Source: a virus. From it: 35,704 nt of DNA. The position numbers and the translations under genes were made by a program. Location of the stretch: IMG/VR virus record IMGVR_UViG_3300045988_093645; one strand, 5' to 3'. Position 1 is the stretch's first letter, and each line of letters starts with the position of its first letter. Below the pieces are notes generated by a model. The model was not told the DNA's origin. It searched no databases and saw only the letters and a program-made list of their open reading frames with translations. This document shows, piece by piece, positions 1-7,111 of the stretch.

Positions 1-55
1 AACACACATTGCACATTAAATACTATATCCGGTATATGGACGATTTTATAATTCT
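1..55. repeat. Terminal overlap: nt 1-55 are identical to nt 35650-35704 (circular or permuted contig, unique length 35649 bp)
   Basis: Base-by-base comparison of the two window ends. Confidence 0.97.
43..55. repeat. Left copy of the 13-bp target-site duplication ATTTTATAATTCT flanking the IS
   Basis: Identical 13-mer at 1778-1790. The preceding bases differ (g42 vs c1777). Confidence 0.85.
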
Positions 56-1777
56 GCTTGAATGAAAAAGTAAATTCTACATTCTAATATACCTTGATTT
101 TATGCGGGATTTAATTCTATTTTCGGAGATATACAACTTGATTTTTTTAGTATATAATGCTTTTATACGGCATAAACAGCATAGTTTTTTGCATGATAAA
201 AGGACATCTGGAAATAGTGTGCAGGACTAAATTCCACATGTCTGTTGGAAAGACTAAATTCTATGCAATGAAACTTGCCTGTGCCTGTATTGTTATTATT
301 ATTTTATTAATGCTGGTATCAATGTGACTTCATCGGCTGGTATCTCTGCTAATCCTAATGCTTTATGAAGTCTGTTATCCAGCAGGAGACGGGATACTTC
401 ATATGGACTGTGTCCATTGAGGCTGTCCCGTTTTTCGCTGTTGATATGATTTAATAACAGCAGCGTTGTCTTGTCTGTCATTTTTTCAAAGCTTGTTCCT
501 TTTGGAAGGACATACCTTATATATTCATGATTCTTTTCAAGAGCACCTTTTTGATCAGAACGGTTGGGATCACAATAATAAATACGTGTGCGTACTTCTC
601 CATTTTTGCTATATTCCAGACTTTGCCGGTCCTGAAATTCATGTCCGTTGTCCGTAAGTATCACTTCGAAAAGTTTCTGGAACAGTTCAATTCCAAGTAA
701 TTCTGTTAAATGATCAAAAATCCTAGTTACTTCTTTCTGGGTCTGTTCTTCTAAAAGAAACATAAGCATAAGGCTACAGTTTCGAAAGAACATAGTCAGA
801 AAGCAGGGACTGGTACCTTTTGCTCCTTCAACAGTATCCATTTCGACTACATAAACAGATTTGTTCGCTGCGATATATTCCAGAAATTCTTTATAGCTCC
901 TATCTTTTCGGAAACTTCTGTCTTTAAGGCTGGCAGTAGTTTTTCTTTTCCGCTGCTTGTATACCACTTTACGGCGCAGATCTATGTTTCTGGCTTGAAA
1001 AACGCCACGGTCTATGTAAGAATATATGGTTCTTCTGGAACAGGCGATCTCATCAGCATGAGATGCGTAGATGTGGGCAATAGATTGTCCTTTTTTGAGA
1101 AGCGGTGACAACAGGATGTCCAGTTTCTGTATACTTTCCGGTGTCTGATTGATTCCTTCTCTGCTTGTGGTCCTAAGGGCTTCATAGGTGTCCTGGGCGT
1201 ATTTTGAAGAATAAATCTTTTTGTCCATCATGCAATTCGTTTTCTTGCTGCATCCATTGCACACATAAGGCGGTTTATTTAATTTCTCACATTCTCTTGG
1301 TTTATAAAATTTACAGACATCGCTGCATCTGAATTTTCTGCAGAGGACACATTTGCGCCGACATTCATTATCACCGCACATATGCATGACATTGCATATA
1401 TTTGTCCGCGGCTTTGAACTATCATAATTGTTTGCACAGGGAATAGGGGCAAATGCATCTGCGCTTCTTTCCCTGATAATGGAATGACGTCTGATTTCTT
1501 TGGATATGGTACTTGGATCCTTGCTTAATTCTATTGCAATACTTCTAAATGAATCACCGTTATTTAAATGCTGTTCGATTATAATACGTGCAGATAAGTC
1601 AAGATGTTTTTGGTTACCTTTTGGTCTTCCTGTATTCATTTTATCCTCCTTCTGCACAGGCAGGGGATCATCTGCAGTAGTATTTTATAAAAAGAAGAAG
1701 GAAAAATCCATGCAGAAGTAATTTCTACAGGTATAGAATTTACTCTTGCAAGGTAGAATTTAAAAATACATTTAACC
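56..1777 (-). mobile_element. 1722-bp insertion sequence (IS30-family-like) inserted in the DGR reverse transcriptase gene
   Basis: Bounded by the 13-bp direct repeat. Imperfect ~28-bp terminal inverted repeats start exactly at 56 and 1777 (GCTTGAATGAAAAAGTAAATTCTAC vs revcomp GGTTAAATGTATTTTTAAATTCTAC). Deleting 56-1790 restores the RT reading frame. The element is visibly more AT-rich than its flanks and holds the only minus-strand gene. Confidence 0.9.
299..1639 (-). CDS. DDE transposase, IS30-family-like, with a Cys-rich insert between two HTH regions
   Basis: N-terminal HTH (SIAIELSKDPSTISKEIRRH) and a second HTH (SRRTIYSYIDRG). DDE signature VEMDTVEG, LTDNGHEF, DQKGALEKNHEYIRYVLPKG. 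AAGGAGG lies 6 nt upstream of the second ATG (MNTGRPKG), so the start is placed at 1639 rather than 1657. Confidence 0.8.
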   Translation of the reverse strand: MNTGRPKGNQKHLDLSARIIIEQHLNNGDSFRSIAIELSKDPSTISKEIRRHSIIRERSADAFAPIPCANNYDSSKPRTNICNVMHMCGDNECRRKCVLCRKFRCSDVCKFYKPRECEKLNKPPYVCNGCSKKTNCMMDKKIYSSKYAQDTYEALRTTSREGINQTPESIQKLDILLSPLLKKGQSIAHIYASHADEIACSRRTIYSYIDRGVFQARNIDLRRKVVYKQRKRKTTASLKDRSFRKDRSYKEFLEYIAANKSVYVVEMDTVEGAKGTSPCFLTMFFRNCSLMLMFLLEEQTQKEVTRIFDHLTELLGIELFQKLFEVILTDNGHEFQDRQSLEYSKNGEVRTRIYYCDPNRSDQKGALEKNHEYIRYVLPKGTSFEKMTDKTTLLLLNHINSEKRDSLNGHSPYEVSRLLLDNRLHKALGLAEIPADEVTLIPALIK

Positions 1778-1790
1778 ATTTTATAATTCT
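1778..1790. repeat. Right copy of the 13-bp target-site duplication
   Basis: Identical to 43-55. Confidence 0.85.
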
Positions 1791-2157
1791 TTCCCAGGAT
1801 TTAAACCAGTTAAAGGAATGGGAAAAGCGGATTGAAGAATTTTTGGAAGAGGAAATGAAATTGCACATAAACCCTAAAAGCACCATTCTATACGCCGGGA
1901 ACGGTGTGGACTTTTGCGGATATATCCACCACCCAACATATAGGAAAGTGCGTAAGGGGTCCGTCCGGCGGCTGAAAAAGGACGTAAAGCACCTAAAGGC
2001 CGGGGAACTGGACCGGGAAACTTTTGACCGGAAATATCAAAGCCGCCTGGGGCACATGGGGCACGCCGATACCTACCACGTAACAAAGGCCATTGAATAT
2101 GATTTACTGTTTTGGGAATTTGAGCAGACCCAAAGCGGACTTTTGGTTCCGGCGTAA
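1789..2157 (+). pseudogene. C-terminal fragment of the DGR reverse transcriptase (thumb region), separated from the N-terminal part by the IS
   Basis: The frame continues from ...YMDDFIIL (nt 33-55) as LSQDLNQLKEWEKRIEEFLEEEMKLHINPKSTILYAGNGVDFCGY... once the IS is removed. No start codon or RBS of its own at the fragment start. Confidence 0.85.
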
Positions 2158-2192
2158 GTGGGTCAGAATTTCAACACCACGGGGCGTATGAT
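2156..2192 (+). promoter_or_regulatory. Late-module box copy a: AAGTGGGTCAGAAT plus the -10-like TATGAT at a fixed offset, upstream of the lysis cassette
   Basis: The first 22 nt are identical to 20416-20437. The hexamer starts at offset 30 from GTGGGTCAG, as in the other two copies. Confidence 0.55.
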
Positions 2193-2228
2193 AAGCCCAT
2201 GAACATTTGAGGAAAGGAAGATAAAGGA

Positions 2229-2543
2229 ATGGATTTACAGACACTTATTATTGCAATGAGTATTCCGAGCGGCGTAACCGCTTTCTGTTTTTGGATGATT
2301 GAACAGAAAATAAAGAAGCAGCAGACGGAAGCGGAAGAAAAAGAAAAAATCCGTGAAAAAAACGAGGTCCTTATCATAAAAAGCGTCATGGCGTCTATTG
2401 CCCTGGGGGAAGCGGCGGCCACGGCCTTAAAGAATGGACACGCCAACGGAGAGACAGAAGCCGCCCTGGAATATGCCCGTAAGATTAAGCATGAACAAAA
2501 GGACTTCTTAACGGAGCAGGGCATAAAAGGGATTTACGAATAA
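2229..2543 (+). CDS. Small membrane protein of the lysis cassette (N-terminal TM plus charged coiled region); holin-like or holin accessory
   Basis: One hydrophobic N-terminal segment (LIIAMSIPSGVTAFCFWMI). SD GGAAAGGAAG lies 8 nt upstream. Positioned just before the holin and endolysin. Confidence 0.4.
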   Translation: MDLQTLIIAMSIPSGVTAFCFWMIEQKIKKQQTEAEEKEKIREKNEVLIIKSVMASIALGEAAATALKNGHANGETEAALEYARKIKHEQKDFLTEQGIKGIYE

Positions 2544-2598
2544 TCAGAACCAACAAGCCAAGCGGCTTTTGGAAATATAAGAAAGGAGAAAAGACCAC

Positions 2599-2832
2599 AT
2601 GAAAAACATTAACTGGACCAGGAAATTGACAAGCCGGAAAATGTGGACGGCGGTAGCGTCCTTTGTTTCCATGATGATTGTAGCCACCGGGGGAGCAGAG
2701 AACACCGCTACCCAGGTAACGGCCCTTATCATGGCCGGGGCGTCCGTGGTGGCCTACATTATTGGCGAGGGTTTGACAGATGCCGCCAACGTGGAAACCG
2801 AAGTGGAAGTGACAACGGAAGAGGAAGTGTAA
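2599..2832 (+). CDS. Holin (SPP1 / phi LC3-like pattern)
   Basis: 77 aa with N-terminus MKNINWTRKLTSRKMW, two hydrophobic segments and an acidic C-terminus. Sits immediately upstream of the endolysin. SD AAAGGAGA. Confidence 0.55.
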   Translation: MKNINWTRKLTSRKMWTAVASFVSMMIVATGGAENTATQVTALIMAGASVVAYIIGEGLTDAANVETEVEVTTEEEV

Positions 2833-2835
2833 GCC

Positions 2836-4113
2836 ATGGACAAGCAGGAGTTTATTAAAAAGATTGCCGGGTACGTGCAGAAACACGCCCCGGCATACGG
2901 GATTTTGGTACATAGTCCGATTATAGCCCAGGCGATACTTGAAAGCGGTTGGGGAGAAAGCCGCCTGGCCGCCGTGTATCACAATTATTTTGGGCTGAAA
3001 TGTGGGACAAAATGGACCGGGAAAAGCGTAAACCTTTCCACCATGGAAGAATATACGCCGGGAACCCTTACGCAGATTAAGGACAATTTCCGGGTGTATG
3101 ACAACATGGAAGAGGGTGTAAAAGGCTATTTTGAGTTTATCCAGTTATCCAGGTATCAGAATTTACGGGGCATTACGGACCCGGAAACGTACCTTAAAAC
3201 CATTAAGGCGGACGGGTACGCAACCAGTAGCAAGTATGTGGACAATACCATGAGGATTGTTACACAGTACGATTTGCAGCAGTATGATGTGAAAGGAGCC
3301 GGAAGCATGGCAAAATTGGCAAGTGCAGTATTAGCCCAGGCAAGGGCGTGGATTGGCCGAAATGAAGCGGACGGCACCCACAAGGGCATTATTGACGTGT
3401 ACAACGGCCACAAACCATTGGCGAGGGGTTACAAAGTCAAATATACAGACGCCTGGTGTGCCACCTTTGTTTCCGCCGTGGCTATCAAGTGCGGTTTGAC
3501 TGGCATTATACCGACAGAGTGCGGTTGCGGCCAGATGATTGCATTATTCAAGAACCTGGGGGAATGGCAGGAAAGCGACAGCAGGACGCCAAGCCCTGGG
3601 GATATTATTTTTTACGATTGGGACGATACCGGGGCCGGGGATTGCACCGGGAACCCGGACCATGTGGGCATTGTTGAGAGCGTGAGCGGCGGAAAGATTA
3701 CCGTTATCGAGGGCAATAAAAACAATGCCGTAGGCCGCAGGACATTGGCCGTAAATGGCCGCTATATCCGTGGTTATGGCGTGCCGAGATATGACAAAGA
3801 AAACGCCGGGAGCGGGTCCCAGGCCACAAAAAGCGTGGTAGCAGTAGCCAAGGAAGTAATTGCCGGAAAGTGGGGAAACGGAGAGGACAGAAAGAACCGC
3901 CTTACCGCCGCCGGGTACGATTACAAAGCCGTCCAGGACCAGGTAAACGCCTTACTGAAAGGCACCACCGCCGCCACAAAAAGCGTGGCAGCAGTAGCCA
4001 AGGAAGTAATTGCCGGGAAATGGGGAAACGGTAAAGAGAGAAAGAACCGCCTGGAAGCCGCAGGGTATAATTACAATGAGGTCCAGGCAAAGGTCAACGC
4101 TATGTTGAGATAG
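2836..4113 (+). CDS. Endolysin: N-acetylglucosaminidase domain plus CHAP amidase/peptidase domain plus two CW_7 (Cpl-7-type) cell-wall-binding repeats
   Basis: IAQAILESGWGESRLA..YHNYFGLK (glucosaminidase). DAWCATFVS..GDIIFYDWD..PDHVGIVE (CHAP Cys/His). Two copies of KSVxAVAKEVIAGKWGNGxxRKNRLxAAGYxYxxVQ. Confidence 0.9.
   Translation: MDKQEFIKKIAGYVQKHAPAYGILVHSPIIAQAILESGWGESRLAAVYHNYFGLKCGTKWTGKSVNLSTMEEYTPGTLTQIKDNFRVYDNMEEGVKGYFEFIQLSRYQNLRGITDPETYLKTIKADGYATSSKYVDNTMRIVTQYDLQQYDVKGAGSMAKLASAVLAQARAWIGRNEADGTHKGIIDVYNGHKPLARGYKVKYTDAWCATFVSAVAIKCGLTGIIPTECGCGQMIALFKNLGEWQESDSRTPSPGDIIFYDWDDTGAGDCTGNPDHVGIVESVSGGKITVIEGNKNNAVGRRTLAVNGRYIRGYGVPRYDKENAGSGSQATKSVVAVAKEVIAGKWGNGEDRKNRLTAAGYDYKAVQDQVNALLKGTTAATKSVAAVAKEVIAGKWGNGKERKNRLEAAGYNYNEVQAKVNAMLR
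3823..4110 (+). repeat. Two tandem ~150-bp coding repeats (CW_7 motifs) in the endolysin
   Basis: GCCACAAAAAGCGTGG(T/C)AGCAGTAGCCAAGGAAGTAATTGCCGG begins at both 3823 and 3973. Confidence 0.9.
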
Positions 4114-4183
4114 CAACTATCAATACCGCCTTTTGGAATACGTCCGCCAGGGACGTGCAAGGAATTTAATATGTCACGGAGAA

Positions 4184-4216
4184 AGGACACGTCAATAAAA
4201 GGCGTGTCCTATTTTT
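4184..4216 (+). terminator. Rho-independent terminator after the endolysin
   Basis: AGGACACG ... CGTGTCCT stem followed by ATTTTT. Confidence 0.7.
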
Positions 4217-4245
4217 AAAAAAATAAAAATATGTCGTAATATGTA

Positions 4246-4274
4246 TTGACATATGCCGACATATGTTATATAAT
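4246..4274 (+). promoter_or_regulatory. Consensus sigma-A/sigma-70 promoter (TTGACA, 17-nt spacer, TATAAT)
   Basis: TTGACA at 4246-4251 and TATAAT at 4269-4274. Overlapped by phased ATATG(T) repeats. Confidence 0.75.
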
Positions 4275-4332
4275 AAAGACAGTTAAGAGAGATACTTAAC
4301 GAATACATGGGCAAGCATAGAAAGGAGATAAC

Positions 4333-4479
4333 ATGAGCGAGAACATGACAGACAAGCAAATGGAAGTAATCCTTAACCTGGTGGCCGATAAATTCAGTAA
4401 TTGCAAGAACATGGAAGAGGTTGCCAAGGCGGTGCAGGAAGTCAGAGACATGGCAAAAAAAGAAAAGCCTAACGAATAG
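4333..4479 (+). CDS. Small hypothetical protein (48 aa, MSENMTDKQMEVILNLVADKF...)
   Basis: ATG preceded by AAAGGAGA. First ORF downstream of the consensus promoter. Below the cutoff of the ORF track. Confidence 0.45.
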   Translation: MSENMTDKQMEVILNLVADKFSNCKNMEEVAKAVQEVRDMAKKEKPNE

Positions 4480-4601
4480 GCTTTAGGGGTACAGAAAGGG
4501 CGGTGGACTTGCCAAAGCCGCCCAAACTGTAAAATTATTATAAATCATTTGGCAAGAGAAAGGAAGAGGGAATTTGCCGAAATAGGAAGAGAGGTTGGAA
4601 A

Positions 4602-4802
4602 ATGCCAAGAACTAAAACCGGAGAATTTAATCAAATTGCATACCAAAACGAATTTAACAAAAGGAATTATGACCGCATAGAAATAAAGGTGCCAAAAGGT
4701 AAAAAAGCAGTAATTCAAGCGGCGGCAATGGCAGCAGGGCAGAGCGTAAGCGAATTTATCAGCCAGGCCATTGACAAAAGAATGGAAAGCGGCGGACAGT
4801 AG
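4602..4802 (+). CDS. Ribbon-helix-helix (Arc/CopG-like) DNA-binding protein
   Basis: YDRIEIKVPKGKKAVIQAAAMAAGQSVSEFISQAIDKRM fits the beta-strand/helix/helix RHH pattern. SD GGAAGAGAGG. Confidence 0.6.
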   Translation: MPRTKTGEFNQIAYQNEFNKRNYDRIEIKVPKGKKAVIQAAAMAAGQSVSEFISQAIDKRMESGGQ

Positions 4803-4825
4803 AGCCGCCGGGAAAGGATAAGAAT

Positions 4826-5020
4826 ATGAAAACATGGTATTGTGTAACATCTTCATTTGATGATAGGGGCAGAGTGGTGGCTGCTATTACGGCAAGTAAA
4901 GAAGCGAAAACGTGCCCGGAAAGCACATACACAAGCACAAGCCGGAAAGATATTTATAACGATTGGTTTGGAAGCACAGAGGAAGCACAAGCATGGGTGG
5001 AGCAGGCCCGTTGTGCATAA
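4826..5020 (+). CDS. Hypothetical small protein (64 aa)
   Basis: ORF with SD (GGGAAAGGA) and codon usage like its neighbours. Confidence 0.5.
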   Translation: MKTWYCVTSSFDDRGRVVAAITASKEAKTCPESTYTSTSRKDIYNDWFGSTEEAQAWVEQARCA

Positions 5021-5291
5021 GAACAACCGCCAGGGCGGCAGCAAGAGCCGCCCACGGCAATTAAAACGGCCACGCCGACCATGGACGGCGTGAGGGTCCG
5101 AAGCCCCTATAAACAGTTGACGGGTTGCAATGGTGGGCATTGTGGTATTGTTTGACAAGTTTCTGCCAGGGTTTAATGAGAACCGGGCGGCGTGCAGAGG
5201 TTACGGGTTAATGGGTGGCACGCCTGGGAAGCAGGAAGCAGCCCTAACAAAAAAGCAGACCAGGAACCCGGACCCCACAGCACCCTTACCA

Positions 5292-5320
5292 TTGCAATAT
5301 TAGCAGACAAACGATATAAT
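5292..5320 (+). promoter_or_regulatory. Promoter of the 170-aa moron gene (TTGCAA, 17-nt spacer, TATAAT)
   Basis: TTGCAA at 5292-5297 and TATAAT at 5315-5320. Confidence 0.6.
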
Positions 5321-5367
5321 CAGAGAATAGGGAGCGAGAAACCCAACACGAAAGCGAGGAATTTAAC

Positions 5368-5880
5368 ATGGGATTATTTAAAAATCTATTCTCTTCAAAG
5401 AAACCGGAGACGCAGACACCGCCGCCGCAGGTGGAGCCAGTAAAGCCAAAAGGGATTATCAAGACACAACGCCATAAACTGGATAATGTGGAAACTCACA
5501 TGAAAGAAATTATGGAGTTAGCAGAGAAAAACGAGGATTACAAACTTTCAAAAAAAGTACTAATTGAAGAGGGCCGAGAAGATGAAAAAATTTACGAATA
5601 TGAACTTTCCGAAACCGCTACATTTTGTATAGGGGGGGGTGGAGAGATACAAGTATTTGTACGTGATACCCATATTGGCGATATAAAGAAAGGCAGCAGG
5701 GCAAAGGTTAAAAAACTAATTGAAAGCGGAACTATAAAAAGCATTTGTACGGAGATTTCCGGCGGAGATTATAAAAAACTCCACGACACCGGGGACGGCT
5801 ACGTGTTGGACGAATTAGAGGACGCTTTCAGCATTACCATAGAAATCACTTACCGGGAAGCGATTGAAAAAGAGAATTAA
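5368..5880 (+). CDS. Hypothetical protein (170 aa), moron-like unit with its own promoter and terminator
   Basis: Preceded by the GAAAGCGAGGAATTTAACATG cassette. No family confidently recognised. Confidence 0.6.
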   Translation: MGLFKNLFSSKKPETQTPPPQVEPVKPKGIIKTQRHKLDNVETHMKEIMELAEKNEDYKLSKKVLIEEGREDEKIYEYELSETATFCIGGGGEIQVFVRDTHIGDIKKGSRAKVKKLIESGTIKSICTEISGGDYKKLHDTGDGYVLDELEDAFSITIEITYREAIEKEN

Positions 5881-5904
5881 CAACAATAGCAGAAAAAAGG
5901 CGAT

Positions 5905-5938
5905 AAGGCGGCACGGACGTTTCCGTTGCCGTCCTTTT
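5905..5938 (+). terminator. Terminator-like hairpin after the 170-aa gene
   Basis: AAGGCGGCACGG / CCGTTGCCGTCCTT, a 12-bp stem with two bulges, followed by TTTT. Confidence 0.5.
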
Positions 5939-5944
5939 CCGCTA

Positions 5945-6994
5945 ATGGGGGACGATTTCGTGGGAAAACATTTAAGCCAAAATGATAGAATTAAAATGGA
6001 AACTATGCTTAATTCCGGGCACAAAGTAACGGAGATAGCGGAATATTTGCACGTTCACAGAAGCACTATTTACCGGGAAAAGAAAAGGGGAGAGTACACC
6101 CATAGAAATAGCGACTATACCGAGGAAATACGGTATAGCAGCGATTTAGGGCAGAAAACCCACGATTGGAACGCCCAGGGGAAAGGCCGTAGTTTAAAAA
6201 TCGGAAATGACTTACCATTAGCAGAATACATAGAAGAAAAAATTGTAAATGACAAATATAGCCCGGAAGCCGCATTGGCCGCAGTAGCCGAAAGTGGAAT
6301 TGAATTTGAAACCACTATAAGCGTGAGAACGCTATACAGATATATAGACAATGGGATTTTTCTTAAATTAACAAATAAAGATTTACCAGTGAAAGGGAAG
6401 AAAAAGAAACATAATAAGAAAGTAAAAGTGCAGAAGAGAGCCGCCGCCGGGGAAAGCATAGAGAACCGCCCGGACGAAGTAAAAGACCGGGAAATTTTTG
6501 GACACTGGGAAATGGACACGGTAAAGGGAAAGCAGGGAGTAACAAAGTCATGTATGCTTGTACTTACAGAGAGAAAAACAAGAGATGAAATAATAGTGAA
6601 GTTGCCGGACCAAAAGGCGGCCAGTGTAGTAGAAGCCATTGACAAATTAGAAAGAAAATGGGGAGATATGTTCACAAAAGTATTTAGAAGCATTACCGTG
6701 GACAACGGCGTGGAGTTTTCAGACTATGAGGGGTTAGAACGGTCCATATTACATGAGGGAGAAAAAAGGACTTTCCTTTTTTATTGCCACCCATATAGTA
6801 GTTGGGAGAGGGGAACAAACGAGAATAATAACCGACTTATCCGCCGCCACATACCAAAAGGGGAAGATTTTGACGAGAAGCAGGACCGGGACATTGAATA
6901 TATAGAAAATTGGATAAACAACTATCCAAGGGGGATTTTAGGCTTTAAGACATCCGCCCAACTCTTTGAAGAGGAAATAAGAAAACTGGCTTAG
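5945..6994 (+). CDS. IS30-family DDE transposase (or integrase-like protein); no terminal inverted repeats detected around it
   Basis: HTH (KVTEIAEYLHVHRSTIYREKKRG), second HTH (RTLYRYIDNG), catalytic HWEMDTV, TVDNGVEF, SSWERGTNENNNRLIRRHIPKG. The start is placed at MGDDF because the upstream part of the track ORF overlaps the terminator hairpin. GTG at 5960 is an alternative start. Confidence 0.85.
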   Translation: MGDDFVGKHLSQNDRIKMETMLNSGHKVTEIAEYLHVHRSTIYREKKRGEYTHRNSDYTEEIRYSSDLGQKTHDWNAQGKGRSLKIGNDLPLAEYIEEKIVNDKYSPEAALAAVAESGIEFETTISVRTLYRYIDNGIFLKLTNKDLPVKGKKKKHNKKVKVQKRAAAGESIENRPDEVKDREIFGHWEMDTVKGKQGVTKSCMLVLTERKTRDEIIVKLPDQKAASVVEAIDKLERKWGDMFTKVFRSITVDNGVEFSDYEGLERSILHEGEKRTFLFYCHPYSSWERGTNENNNRLIRRHIPKGEDFDEKQDRDIEYIENWINNYPRGILGFKTSAQLFEEEIRKLA

Positions 6995-7024
6995 AAAAAA
7001 TTTCAAAAACTTGTCACAAAACTA

Positions 7025-7054
7025 TTGACAAAATATACAGCTAAGTTGTAAAAT
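7025..7054 (+). promoter_or_regulatory. Candidate promoter (TTGACA, 18-nt spacer, TAAAAT) overlapping the left arm of a terminator
   Basis: TTGACA at 7025-7030 and TAAAAT at 7049-7054. Confidence 0.4.
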
Positions 7055-7097
7055 CAAATGCGACAAGGGTTAATACTCTATCGCATTTGATTTTTTT
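7052..7097 (+). terminator. Rho-independent terminator after the IS30-family gene
   Basis: Perfect 12-bp stem AATCAAATGCGA / TCGCATTTGATT followed by a T-run. Confidence 0.75.
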
Positions 7098-7111
7098 ATA
7101 TAGAAAATCAA

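Noticed and set aside
1-55. A biological direct terminal repeat (DTR) of the phage genome
   Set aside because: The 55-nt length matches a common assembler k-mer size, and the repeat lies inside the RT coding sequence rather than near the terminase or cos region. It is more simply explained as the circular-contig overlap. The HNH/terminase arrangement suggests cos-type packaging elsewhere in the genome.
4602-5020. The RHH protein plus the downstream 64-aa protein as a toxin-antitoxin pair
   Set aside because: The gene order and sizes fit a toxin-antitoxin pair, but the 64-aa protein shows no recognisable toxin fold or motif. A role for the RHH protein as regulator of the adjacent operator-rich promoter is at least as likely.
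5021-5290. Possible tRNA or other classical small RNA gene in the GC-rich spacer
   Set aside because: I found no cloverleaf with a T-loop (GTTCRANNC-like) or a matched acceptor stem by eye. I report the region only as a structured candidate that needs a covariance-model search.
5192-5443. An 83-aa plus-strand ORF in the intergenic region
   Set aside because: It runs through the predicted promoter and RBS of the 5368 gene, ends in a poly-Arg low-complexity tail and has no SD. The region is better explained as regulatory or structured DNA.
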